Below, one piece after another: positions 8,011-17,730 of a stretch of 37,098 nucleotides of DNA; position 1 is the stretch's first letter; every line of letters begins with the position of its first letter. The position numbers and the translations under genes were made by a program. The DNA lies in contig JAGGYF010000003.1 in the NCBI GenBank assembly GCA_021162685.1, forward strand, positions 1 through 37,098, written 5' to 3'. The notes below the pieces were generated by a model, which searched no databases, was not told where the DNA came from, and worked only from the letters and a program-made list of their open reading frames with translations. Origin of the DNA: Candidatus Iainarchaeum sp. Lineage in GTDB: Archaea > B1Sed10-29 > WALL01.

Positions 8011-8078
8011 GTTAACTATAAATATGAGAACAGTGACATAATAATGAACATGACAGTTTTGCAAAAAATGTCATGTTC
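8011..8078 (+). promoter_or_regulatory. TATA box plus palindromic operator or 5' hairpin of the surface-protein gene
   Basis: TATAAATA at 8017-8024. Perfect 10-bp inverted repeat GAACATGACA-13 nt-TGTCATGTTC at 8046-8078, at the expected TSS. Confidence 0.55.
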
Positions 8079-8121
8079 GCGAGGAGAACTCAATGGGGAG
8101 AGGCAAGAAAGAGGGGAGGAT

Positions 8122-11100
8122 ATGTATAAGGGTTTAGTCTTTACCATAATCATAGCCACGGTTTTGTTTTTTTCTGGAGCCTATGCTTGGTGGAACTACA
8201 ATTGGCATTACAGAATACCTGTTAATATTACTGAGCCGGACGGGTCGGCTAAAACAAATATGTGGGTTAAAATCAATCTTGATACATCACAGTTGATCTC
8301 CGACGGAATGATGAATAGCGATTGTTCGGACATAAGAATCGTAGATAGTGATAATACAACAGAACTCCCAGTTCATTTTTTGGATAGTGAGTGCAACTCA
8401 GCCAACACTAGGATCTGGACCAGACTGAACATCTCTGCTTCAGAAACAAAAACAGTCTATGTTTACACTGGCAACCTTGGAGCCACATCAGTAAACCTTG
8501 GCACAGGTGTTTACGATGATTTTGAAGATGAGACAATAGACACGAGTAAGTGGAATGTTTACAGTTATGATGGAGGGTATGGTTCGTCTTCAGTATACGA
8601 GACTTCTGGATATATCCATGTAGGGGGGGTTTCTTCAAATTGTGATGTACAGTATGCTTTTGCAGAGTCAAAGACTCTTGACGATTTAGGTACATGGTTT
8701 TTCAAAATGAAAGTATACAAAAATCAGGACCAAGGAGCATCAACAATGTTGTCTAGGATTTACGTGTATGTCAATGGTGGCTGGACCAAGATTTTTGAAG
8801 ACTGTCGAACACCAGTTGCAGGAGCTTGTGCACCTTCCGAGGGTTATGCAAGCATAAGCTACACCTATAATTATATGATCAAGTGTGATGAAGGAAACAC
8901 AAAATTGTACAGACTAGAAAATGATGCGTGGGTATATCTCAATCAAATCACCGGTTGCGCCACAGAAATAAAGTTCTACACATATGATGCCTCAAATATT
9001 GGAGAAGACCACGAATACATTTATTATATTGGAACCACTCCTTTGGTTCTGGACGTAGACATCCAATCCATGCTGTCTACTGTAAATGGCCTGCCGGAAA
9101 CATATCCTGAAATAGTTTCCCAATCAGGGAGCTCAGTAATATACTCGAATGACACGCTGGTTGGGCAGAGCACATATGCAGGCCCAAATGCGGAAACAAA
9201 CTCAAAGTTTGAGTGGTGGGTCAACGGCGTCAAGGTGAAAGAAGGGACAGGTGTAGGTAGCTACACACTATCAAACTCAGAGTATGACTTTGTTGCCGGA
9301 GATAGCATTACATTTGTGTGCACTCCTTGTGATGATACTGGATACTGTGGTTCAACACAATCAACAACAAAAATTGTGGAGAACTGGCTCCCAATAATAT
9401 CCGAATCAATGGATAAAGTGAAGCTCAAAGGCGGCTCTACAGAGACATGGAACTTCACAATTCTGGATGCTGACTGGGATTCTGGGCAGCAGATAACAAT
9501 GGAGTGCTCTCTTGACGGTGGGCAAAACCAAACATATCAGGAATTGGTATTACAGGGAGGCAACAACCTCACATACTCAGCGGTGATCCCAGAGGACGAT
9601 GGGACACACTCTGTCAACTGTAGCTTTTCCGACGGATATAACACGACAACATATTCAGATGAGTTTCAAGCTGACTCCACACCACCGAGCACAGGAGTTA
9701 TAGGGATTGAAAACAATGGAGGCTATACAAATGATCCAACACCAACATTAACTCTTTTTTCAGACGGCGCATACTATATGCGCTTCGCTTGTATTGAGGA
9801 TATGCTCAATAGTGCTGTTTGGCACGACTATTTCACCACATTCGATTCGTTTGATATGACCGCAGGCCCAGGCTGTACACAAGATGAGGGCTTAAAGACA
9901 GTTTATGTTGAGTTTATGGACGATGTTGAGAACATCCAAACAACACATACTTCTGCAAATGTTATATATGATGCAACACCACCAATACCTTACCTGAGCA
10001 TAACGGGCAGTTACGAACTTCCTGGATTTACTTTAACTTTTTCTGAATCAGACAACTTTGTGTCATCAACAGACATAACAACGTATTACTGTGTTGATCA
10101 ACAAGGAACATGCCAACCAACGACTTTAATAGATGATGGAGGGACCATAACACTTGACCAGAGAGGAACAAACTACATACTGACAAACTCAACAGACAAA
10201 GCTGGAAACCAGAACATAACACAGTTCATACAGAAAATCAACATGCTTCCAAATGTAACAAACGTAACAATCTCACCACAGGAAGTATACTCTAATACTG
10301 ATCTCTCATGTAATGTTGATAACATTGAAAACGAACCTGACCAACCAATCACCCTTTACTACACATGGTATGTGAATGGTGTAAACGTATCAACAGATCA
10401 AACACTTGATGCAAGCCTCGGGCTTTTCGCGAAGGATGACCAAGTTTACTGTGAGGCCTGGGCATACGACGGCATGGAATACGGTCCATCAAACACATCA
10501 GAGGTAAAAACGGTCTTGGGTTATAAACCGACAATGGATGCGATATCAGCTACACCATATGTGAAACAAGACGATACGATAACTGTCTCAACAGTCAACG
10601 CACATGATGAAGATGGAGGCAATCTTGTGCTCAAATGTACTGAAACGCCTGGTGACTATTCAATAGTGCTCTGTCAGACAGCGCCAGGTCAACCAGAGCG
10701 TTCGTGTTCCTTTACATCATTTTGGACAGATGATGAGGCTCACCAAATATACTGTGTAATTGTGGACTCAGATGGTTATGTATCTGATGAGAAGTCCGCA
10801 ACAATAATATCAGATAACACTCCCCCAACCACAACATCAGACTACGCCTACAACAACACATGGCACAACGAAGCTGCATCAATAACACTGAATGCAACAG
10901 ATTTGTCAGGAGTCAACGAAACAAAGTATTGTTTTGGCGAATCATGCACTCCAGACTTGGTGTACTGCTCAGGTGAGAGCTGCGATTCTGGAGAGGGTGT
11001 GTCACCAATACAGATCGGTGAGGGCATAACATATCTAAGGTTTAACTCCATAGATGTTCTTGGCAATGTCGAGCCCATACAAACTCTGATCGTGAAGATT

Positions 11101-12789
11101 GACACAACCTCACCAACAATTGAAGTAACTTATCCACAATCAATAGCAATGCCATCCCAAAACTTTTCAGCTGTCTTCTATGACAATCTTGATGAGTCTC
11201 CATCAGCTCTCTACTGTGTCGACAATGATGGTGTATGTGTTCCAGATACTACATTAACAAACAACACAAACATAACGCTCCCATCACTCAGGGGGCTTGT
11301 ACACATCAGAATAAACGCCACAGACCACGCAAATAACTACAACCTAAAAGACGTTGAATTTAGGGTAAACACTCTGCCCGTAATAACAGACATCTCAATA
11401 CCAACGCTGACAACAGACACAGACGCTGTTTGTGACGCATTCACAAACACATCAAAGCTCACACCAGACGAGCAGTACGACTACCAGAACCAGAACCACA
11501 CCACATACTACAAATGGTACGTCAACGGCACACTCCTTGAGAACGAAACAGAAAAGACATTGAACCACACATACTTCAGCAGGGGAGACACAGTAAAATG
11601 CTCTGCAATGCAGAATGACGGCATGGAAAACAGCTCTTGGTACGACTCACAGGAAATCACTGTGGTGAATGCACCACCAACTGTTGACAGCATTTCTGTT
11701 TCATCAACAGCTCCTGATGTGGACATCTCATGCACGTTTACTGCGTCAGACCCTGATGGGGACACAATAACACAGAACGAGACAAAGTGGTACAAGAATG
11801 GAAACGAAACAAACTACACGGACTACATGCCTGAGAACGAAACAGAGCCGGGCGACAACTTTACATGTTCTGTTAGGGTGTTTGATGGGTTCAATTGGTC
11901 TGAGTGGAGCAACTACACATTTACTATTACTGGCATATGTGGCAACGGCATACTGGAGCCTGGAGAAGAGTGCGACGGTTCAAACTTCGGAGGAAAGACG
12001 TGTAGTTCGTATGGTTATAGTGGTGGGTCATTGACATGTACCTCCTCATGTACAATAAGTATTGATGGGTGCTCCTCCGGTGGCGACGACGGAAGCTCCT
12101 CCGGAGGAGGCGGAGGAGGTGGCGGCGGTGCCGTTGACCTAGAGGACGTGGAGTTCAAGTCAGATGAAGGCGAGACCATAACATTCCCAATCGTGTTCAC
12201 AAGCGGCCCCGTCACCATTGAGCGCGACTTTGACTACGAGTCAACGTTCATAACAATTGACTACACAGAGGTGAAGACATACATAAGAGAGGTTGTGAAG
12301 ACAGACAAAGACCTGAGGGACGTTAGGTACACAACCACTATACCAAAGGAGTTCGCGCAGAAGGCCTCTGACATAACCATAGATGGTGCAGACTACAACA
12401 TAGTCAAAGATGACCCTGTGTTTGAGCTCATACTCGGAGACATGAAAGCAGGTGAGGAGAAGACAGTAACATTCACAGTGAATAAGGAGCACTCAATGTA
12501 TGACATGGCAGACATCGTTGCAGGTATGAACGACCCAGTTGTGAGCTACAAGGTACCTGAGCAGAAGGCTGTTGAGCAGCCGAAGAAGGAATCAATCAAG
12601 GAAGAGCAGCCAGAGGAAACAGACATAAGGAATGTAACAGAATCAAAACCCCCAGAACCTAAGAGAGAAAAGGCATCTCTACTCACAGGTTTTGTAACGT
12701 TTGTTCAAGCAGAATTAAAATCAATCATTGTTATATTCATTATGTTAACGATGACAATTCTTATGGTAAGGAGGAAACAACGTGTATAA
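8122..12789 (+). CDS. Giant surface (glyco)protein: DUF2341-like N-domain, Ig-like repeats, Cys-rich CGNG repeat, poly-Gly linker, C-terminal module and TM anchor
   Basis: Start MYKGL after a GGGGAGGA RBS. Signal peptide then WWNYNWHYRIPVNI...SDCSDIRIV. Repeated D.TPP.T Ig-type boundaries, CGNGILEPGEECDG, many N-x-S/T sequons, TM + RRKQRV. Confidence 0.85.
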   Translation: MYKGLVFTIIIATVLFFSGAYAWWNYNWHYRIPVNITEPDGSAKTNMWVKINLDTSQLISDGMMNSDCSDIRIVDSDNTTELPVHFLDSECNSANTRIWTRLNISASETKTVYVYTGNLGATSVNLGTGVYDDFEDETIDTSKWNVYSYDGGYGSSSVYETSGYIHVGGVSSNCDVQYAFAESKTLDDLGTWFFKMKVYKNQDQGASTMLSRIYVYVNGGWTKIFEDCRTPVAGACAPSEGYASISYTYNYMIKCDEGNTKLYRLENDAWVYLNQITGCATEIKFYTYDASNIGEDHEYIYYIGTTPLVLDVDIQSMLSTVNGLPETYPEIVSQSGSSVIYSNDTLVGQSTYAGPNAETNSKFEWWVNGVKVKEGTGVGSYTLSNSEYDFVAGDSITFVCTPCDDTGYCGSTQSTTKIVENWLPIISESMDKVKLKGGSTETWNFTILDADWDSGQQITMECSLDGGQNQTYQELVLQGGNNLTYSAVIPEDDGTHSVNCSFSDGYNTTTYSDEFQADSTPPSTGVIGIENNGGYTNDPTPTLTLFSDGAYYMRFACIEDMLNSAVWHDYFTTFDSFDMTAGPGCTQDEGLKTVYVEFMDDVENIQTTHTSANVIYDATPPIPYLSITGSYELPGFTLTFSESDNFVSSTDITTYYCVDQQGTCQPTTLIDDGGTITLDQRGTNYILTNSTDKAGNQNITQFIQKINMLPNVTNVTISPQEVYSNTDLSCNVDNIENEPDQPITLYYTWYVNGVNVSTDQTLDASLGLFAKDDQVYCEAWAYDGMEYGPSNTSEVKTVLGYKPTMDAISATPYVKQDDTITVSTVNAHDEDGGNLVLKCTETPGDYSIVLCQTAPGQPERSCSFTSFWTDDEAHQIYCVIVDSDGYVSDEKSATIISDNTPPTTTSDYAYNNTWHNEAASITLNATDLSGVNETKYCFGESCTPDLVYCSGESCDSGEGVSPIQIGEGITYLRFNSIDVLGNVEPIQTLIVKIDTTSPTIEVTYPQSIAMPSQNFSAVFYDNLDESPSALYCVDNDGVCVPDTTLTNNTNITLPSLRGLVHIRINATDHANNYNLKDVEFRVNTLPVITDISIPTLTTDTDAVCDAFTNTSKLTPDEQYDYQNQNHTTYYKWYVNGTLLENETEKTLNHTYFSRGDTVKCSAMQNDGMENSSWYDSQEITVVNAPPTVDSISVSSTAPDVDISCTFTASDPDGDTITQNETKWYKNGNETNYTDYMPENETEPGDNFTCSVRVFDGFNWSEWSNYTFTITGICGNGILEPGEECDGSNFGGKTCSSYGYSGGSLTCTSSCTISIDGCSSGGDDGSSSGGGGGGGGGAVDLEDVEFKSDEGETITFPIVFTSGPVTIERDFDYESTFITIDYTEVKTYIREVVKTDKDLRDVRYTTTIPKEFAQKASDITIDGADYNIVKDDPVFELILGDMKAGEEKTVTFTVNKEHSMYDMADIVAGMNDPVVSYKVPEQKAVEQPKKESIKEEQPEETDIRNVTESKPPEPKREKASLLTGFVTFVQAELKSIIVIFIMLTMTILMVRRKQRV

Positions 12790-13363
12790 CTTGTTAGCGT
12801 ATGTAATGGCGCTATATCCTGGTGTTTATATACGCGTGGGTTTCAAGGACTTATCCAAAAGGAAGAAGAGAATCAGCTCAACTCTTGCGTCGTTTGTCCC
12901 ATTTGTTACGGCAGTGTTCTCTCCAGATGCAGCGATTGTCCTTTCCACTCTAGAATTTTTTGGATTATATGCTCTTGAAAATGGCTACTTTTCATTTCCA
13001 GAGATAAATATACAGTTACCAGAATTGAGAAAGAGAGAGGAGAGGGTGCAAGAGGATAAGATAAGACCAAAACCAAGGATTTTTCCAAAGGATGAAAGGA
13101 AGAGAAGGATAATTGTGAGGGCAATAGCAGAGCGATTGTATAGGGAACACGGAAAATTTCATGCAGCAGGTATATGGCGTAGGCTATTTGAGATTTATGG
13201 TGACCAGGTTTTGAAGAATAGGATATACATAGAGAAGTGGATTTCATTCTGGATGAAAAATGAGAAGGATATTGTCTTCAAGGAACAACTTGGAAGGACA
13301 AAATACTACACTTTTTTGAGTAAGGATAATCTGCAAAATACATATATATTTCAAGAAAAATAA
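12782..13363 (+). CDS. Membrane protein with C-terminal winged-helix-like domain
   Basis: GTG start overlaps the upstream stop. Hydrophobic N-terminal segments, basic linker, then three predicted helices and a wing-like IVFKEQLGRTKYYTF. Confidence 0.55.
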   Translation: MYNLLAYVMALYPGVYIRVGFKDLSKRKKRISSTLASFVPFVTAVFSPDAAIVLSTLEFFGLYALENGYFSFPEINIQLPELRKREERVQEDKIRPKPRIFPKDERKRRIIVRAIAERLYREHGKFHAAGIWRRLFEIYGDQVLKNRIYIEKWISFWMKNEKDIVFKEQLGRTKYYTFLSKDNLQNTYIFQEK

Positions 13364-13578
13364 AGAATATGTGTCTCCTCTTTTTTTGTATGGGACATAT
13401 ATCTGGCTATTTTCTGCATATGCATCCATTTTTATATATTACATATAAAAAAATAAATAAATTATTCGTTTTTTCTCAAAAAAATTGTTTACATAATGCA
13501 GATAGAAAAAATAAAGTCATATGTTACTTTATTCGCAAAACGAAAGCATTATAAAGGAGTTTGACTAAAACATAATTA

Positions 13579-13652
13579 GGGCAGTTGGGTGGGCTGCCCA
13601 CGTGGAGGGGAGATGTATGTTGGGGAGAGGAGTGCACCCCTCCACCTCTTTT
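13579..13652 (+). ncRNA. Candidate small two-hairpin ncRNA
   Basis: BRE/TATA CGAAAGCA-TTATAAA at 13541-13555. Hairpins GGGCAG/CTGCCC (13579-13599) and GTGGAGGGG/CCCCTCCAC (13602-13645), followed by CTCTTTT. GC-rich island inside an AT-rich spacer. Confidence 0.4.
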
Positions 13653-13708
13653 ATCTCGGCAACTCATATCCTCTCATATTTATAATCATGGAATCCAAAA
13701 ACAAAACC

Positions 13709-15601
13709 ATGCCTAGTGTGTACTTCTCACATGAGAAACCCAGGAAGCACCAAGACGAGATGCTGCGAGATGTAACACAGGCAATACACGAGGGAAAGCA
13801 TCTGATAGCACATGCTCCTACGGGCATAGGGAAGACAGCGGCAGCCCTTGGGCCTGCCCTTACCTATTCTCTACGTGAAAACAAGACCGTGTTTTTTCTT
13901 ACACCTAAGATATCACAACACCAGATTGCGGTTCAGGAGCTGAGGACACTTGCCAAAAAATATAATCTTGATTTCCTGGCTGTGGATATGGTGGGAAGGC
14001 GCTATTCCTGCGTTGATCCAGTGTTAGGTGATGCGGATTTTGATGATTTCTATGAGATATGTAAAAAGCGCAGGAAGGAGGAGCGGTGTCCGTTCTACGC
14101 AAATGCGAGGGGGTTTGATTCTCAACAGAAGGCAAGGGCAAAGATACATATGGAGAGAATACTCTCATTATACGAAACAATTGTTGAGCATGATGTCCTC
14201 TTTGATATGTGCGCAAGTTTTGTATCAAAAGGCACACCTACTCCCCTCTGTACGTATGAGGTAGCAATGCAGATCGCTAAAAAGTCCAGTGTGATTATAT
14301 GTGACTACTTTCACTTGTTGAGTCCTTCTATACGTGATACGTTCCTCAGAAAAATTAATGTAGAGCCAGAGCAAGCGATTATTATTATAGATGAGGCGCA
14401 TAATGTTCCAGAGCGCGTTAGAAAACATTTGAGCATTTCAATTACGAATAAACTCATGAAGCGTGCAGAGACAGAAGCGAAACTTATGGATTCAGATCTA
14501 GTAAAGCATATACGAAGAATCTCCAAAGCAATACAGTCCATCAAACAATCCATGGATAAGAAGGAGGCGATCATTCAGAAAACAGATATCCCTCTGTTGA
14601 GCGATGCACTTATTGGCGACTTCAAGGAAACAGGTATTGCCTATATGGAACAAACAAATAGGCACAGGAGCGCACTCCTTAAGATAGGGAGGTTTTACGA
14701 GCAATGGATAAACGATTCTGTTGCATATATGCGCATGGCAAGGAAATGGGAAACAGCAGATGGACTCACAATAAGTTATAAGTGTTTGGATCCGAGTATT
14801 GCAACAAAACAGCTTATTCATGATTCTCATTCAACAATTGCAATGTCTGGAACATTGGCTCCCCAGGAGATGTATCGCGACCTTCTGGGTTTTGAAAGAG
14901 AGCGAACAATGCTTAGAGAATACCTCTCTCCCTTTCCAAAACAAAACCGCTTGAATATAATATGCGATGCAGTGACAACAAGATTTTCAAAAAGGAATGA
15001 GGATACGTTCAAACATATAGCAGAAGAACTGGATGCAATTGTGGACGCAGTACCTGGGAACATTGCCCTGTTTTTTCCTTCCTATAATGTAATGAAGCGC
15101 GTACTTGTGCATTTAAACACGCAAAAGAAATTATTTGTCCAGAAGGAGAACAGTACGCCAGAAGAAATCAGTCAACTCCTAAAAGGATTTAGATCATCAA
15201 AACACTTTGGTGCTGTCTTATGTGCTGTTGCAGGTGGCTCATTCGCAGAAGGTATTGACTATCTTGGGAAGGACCTCATAGCTGCAGTTGTTGTTGGAAT
15301 CCCATTAGCAGAGTTCAGCCTTGAAACTGAGGCACTGGTAGATTACTATGAGTATAAGTTTGGCTCTGGTTGGAATTACGGGTATCTATTCCCAGCAATG
15401 GCTCGTGCAATTCAAGCATCTGGCCGCGTGATCAGAAGTGAAGATGACAGAGGCGTTGCTATATTTTTGGATGAGAGGTTTCTCTGGAAAAACTATCACA
15501 AATGTTTTCCGCGTTCAATGAACTTTGTGATTTCTGATGATCCTGCGGGGGAAATAAAACAGTTCTTCGCCCAAAAGGATTATAAATTTTGGTTGCAATA
15601 A
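13709..15601 (+). CDS. xpd: XPD/Rad3-family Fe-S DNA helicase
   Basis: Q-motif (R..Q), APTGIGKT, four Fe-S Cys, DEAHN, MSGTL, GGSFAEGID, QASGRVIRS. Start MPSVYF is ~22 nt after TTTATAAT (leaderless). Confidence 0.93.
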   Translation: MPSVYFSHEKPRKHQDEMLRDVTQAIHEGKHLIAHAPTGIGKTAAALGPALTYSLRENKTVFFLTPKISQHQIAVQELRTLAKKYNLDFLAVDMVGRRYSCVDPVLGDADFDDFYEICKKRRKEERCPFYANARGFDSQQKARAKIHMERILSLYETIVEHDVLFDMCASFVSKGTPTPLCTYEVAMQIAKKSSVIICDYFHLLSPSIRDTFLRKINVEPEQAIIIIDEAHNVPERVRKHLSISITNKLMKRAETEAKLMDSDLVKHIRRISKAIQSIKQSMDKKEAIIQKTDIPLLSDALIGDFKETGIAYMEQTNRHRSALLKIGRFYEQWINDSVAYMRMARKWETADGLTISYKCLDPSIATKQLIHDSHSTIAMSGTLAPQEMYRDLLGFERERTMLREYLSPFPKQNRLNIICDAVTTRFSKRNEDTFKHIAEELDAIVDAVPGNIALFFPSYNVMKRVLVHLNTQKKLFVQKENSTPEEISQLLKGFRSSKHFGAVLCAVAGGSFAEGIDYLGKDLIAAVVVGIPLAEFSLETEALVDYYEYKFGSGWNYGYLFPAMARAIQASGRVIRSEDDRGVAIFLDERFLWKNYHKCFPRSMNFVISDDPAGEIKQFFAQKDYKFWLQ

Positions 15602-15621
15602 TTATTTGAGAGGGGAAACCT

Positions 15622-16186
15622 ATGGAGCTTGTTCAGAATACAGGCATCATCTTCTCTTTGGATGTGATTAGAAGGGAAGAGGCATTTGGTATAACAGAAG
15701 AAATAAATGAGTTCATAGATGCAATAAAGGTTGGGTACCTGCTTGTTCTGTCTTGTGGGATCGGTATCATTGATGAGCTAAAAAAAGAGTTTGGAAAACC
15801 AATTCTTGCAGATTTTAAGGTGGCGGACGTACCCGTTACAAACAAAAAGATTTTTGAGTTATGCAAAATGCACTCAGTTGATGCAGTTATGGTTCACGGG
15901 TTTATCGGGCCAGTAACGCTGAATATGTGCGTTGAGGAAGCAGGGGATTTGTTGCTTTCAAGCGCCAGGAACAAAGCCCAAACTCGTGGCCAGGATACGT
16001 GATGCAGTAGGAGAAGATATGAAGATTATTTGTTGTGGGATAGGCGCTCAGGGAGGAAAGCCTGGAAAAGCAATACAAGCAGGCGCGGATTTTGAGATTA
16101 TAGGTAGGGCAATCTATCTATCAAGAAACCCGAGAGCTGCTGCCAAGAGACTTAGTGAAGAAACGAGAAGGACAATCAGATCATAG
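15622..16186 (+). pseudogene. pyrF: Orotidine-5'-phosphate decarboxylase, broken by an internal deletion plus frameshift
   Basis: N-part has LD, IKVG, ADFKVADV and VHGF. C-part, in another frame, has APGT.P, GIGAQGG and IIGRAIY..NP. Junction at GGGGAT (15943-15948). The joined length of 189 aa lacks the beta5/substrate-loop segment. Confidence 0.8.
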
Positions 16187-16811
16187 ATACTACCTGCTTT
16201 ATCTCACTAATATCATCTACGATAAAGTCCGCTTTACATTTCTTTAACTCATCTTTTTTTCCAATTCCATATGTCACTCCACATGTTTTTGTGCCTGCTC
16301 TTTTTCCTGCATTAACATCTATACATGTATCCCCTACAAAAAGAGAGTGGGAAGGAGGAGTATTGAGCTTTTCTGCTGCTAGGATGATTGCATCAGGGGC
16401 AGGTTTTGGGTTTCTAACAAGATCTCCCCCAATAATTATGTCAAAAAACCTTGTGATGTTAGATGCGTCGCAGAGCTGTTTAGCGAGATTTGTTCTCTTT
16501 GTTGTGACAATTGCTAGTTTATAATTGGATAATTCATTTAGTGTGTGCGTTACTCCTGGGAATAATTGTGAGTTCTTTACTGATGTCCTTGCGTACTCTT
16601 TCCTGTATACAGTACAGAGAGAATCTGTGTCTTTTGGGTTAACGAGATATCTGTACATATCTTCAATGGGCCTGCCTATTAGGGCAATGATTTTTTCCTC
16701 AGGTACTGCATTATATCCCATTTTCCTCAAGGAAGTATTGAACGCGTGTACAATACTCCTTTTTGTGTCTATAAGTGTTCCATCAAGATCAAACATGATT
16801 GTTTTTATCAT
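16176..16811 (-). CDS. HAD-superfamily phosphatase (phosphoglycolate phosphatase / PPase-like)
   Basis: FDLDGTLID, IVTTK, KPAPD and VGDT..D..AG motifs. Confidence 0.9.
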   Translation of the reverse strand: MIKTIMFDLDGTLIDTKRSIVHAFNTSLRKMGYNAVPEEKIIALIGRPIEDMYRYLVNPKDTDSLCTVYRKEYARTSVKNSQLFPGVTHTLNELSNYKLAIVTTKRTNLAKQLCDASNITRFFDIIIGGDLVRNPKPAPDAIILAAEKLNTPPSHSLFVGDTCIDVNAGKRAGTKTCGVTYGIGKKDELKKCKADFIVDDISEIKQVVSMI

Positions 16812-17646
16812 GGCTTTCTCTCACCTTCTCTAATATGTATTCATACCTCTTTGCTAATTCTTCTTTATCAATCCTCCTGTGGATTGGATCTTCAGCGAAG
16901 AAGGACGCTGTTGCAGATGCAAGCGCAAGGGCTTCTTTTAGTGGCTTGTTTTTGGCTAGCGAGACAGAAAGAATTGCTTTAAATGCATCCCCTGCTCCAA
17001 TTGCGCCTGCTTCTTTTACAGGATATGCAGGTACATCAATTCTTGTGTTTTTATGATACACAGTCGCACCATTCTTCCCTCTTGTAATTACGATGATTTT
17101 TCCATTATGTGACATCTCTACTGGGTCTTGGCCAATCAACTTCTGCTCTTCTTCGTTGAGTATTATTATGTCTGAATGCCGGATCGCATTTATTACGTCT
17201 TTTATGTTCTTCAAGATAAACTGCTTTTTTGTTGAAAATATAATCTTTCCGTTGTACTTCCTTCTGAGATGTTCTACATACCTCGGATGAACATAACCAA
17301 ATGCTATAATATCAGCGGAGAGGAAATCTTTCGGGATGTCAATTTCCTCTCCTGTTGTTGGTGGCTCAATCAGTTTAAAATCCTTGAACCTTACTGATGG
17401 AAGTTCGGATAGCGAGAAAGTGCGCATATCTACATTTTTAAAAAGATACTCTCCCAAAAAGTACTTTGTTGAATTTGTTATAATGCCTACCCTCTCCTCT
17501 GGGAATACCGAGCGGGTCGCTATCACAGAGTGTGCGATATCTCCTCCTATTGTCGATAGGGAATGGCCCTTTTGCGTGTCAAATGTGTGGAGGTCGTAAC
17601 AAAGCCTACCTATAAATACTACGCGTGGGGCCTTTCGTTCTGGCAT
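16789..17646 (-). CDS. PfkB/ribokinase-family kinase
   Basis: IG...YD, GG..A, LNEEE, ITRGKNGA and GAGDAF motifs. Start MPERK at 17646; the longer track start is antisense to the next gene. Confidence 0.85.
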   Translation of the reverse strand: MPERKAPRVVFIGRLCYDLHTFDTQKGHSLSTIGGDIAHSVIATRSVFPEERVGIITNSTKYFLGEYLFKNVDMRTFSLSELPSVRFKDFKLIEPPTTGEEIDIPKDFLSADIIAFGYVHPRYVEHLRRKYNGKIIFSTKKQFILKNIKDVINAIRHSDIIILNEEEQKLIGQDPVEMSHNGKIIVITRGKNGATVYHKNTRIDVPAYPVKEAGAIGAGDAFKAILSVSLAKNKPLKEALALASATASFFAEDPIHRRIDKEELAKRYEYILEKVRESHDKNNHV

Positions 17647-17730
17647 TTGTCTCAGTCTTATCTTTTGAAAATTAAATATATATGTTTTTGTGTAAAAAGG
17701 TTTAAATATTTGAATTGCGTTACATTTATC

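Noticed and set aside
13589-13708. Longer XPD start
   Set aside because: The family N-terminus (YF..EK.R..Q) and a TATA at ~13679 favour ATG 13709.
15930-15960. Programmed ribosomal frameshift in pyrF
   Set aside because: A frameshift would still give a ~189-aa protein lacking a core barrel segment, and there is no canonical slippery heptamer.
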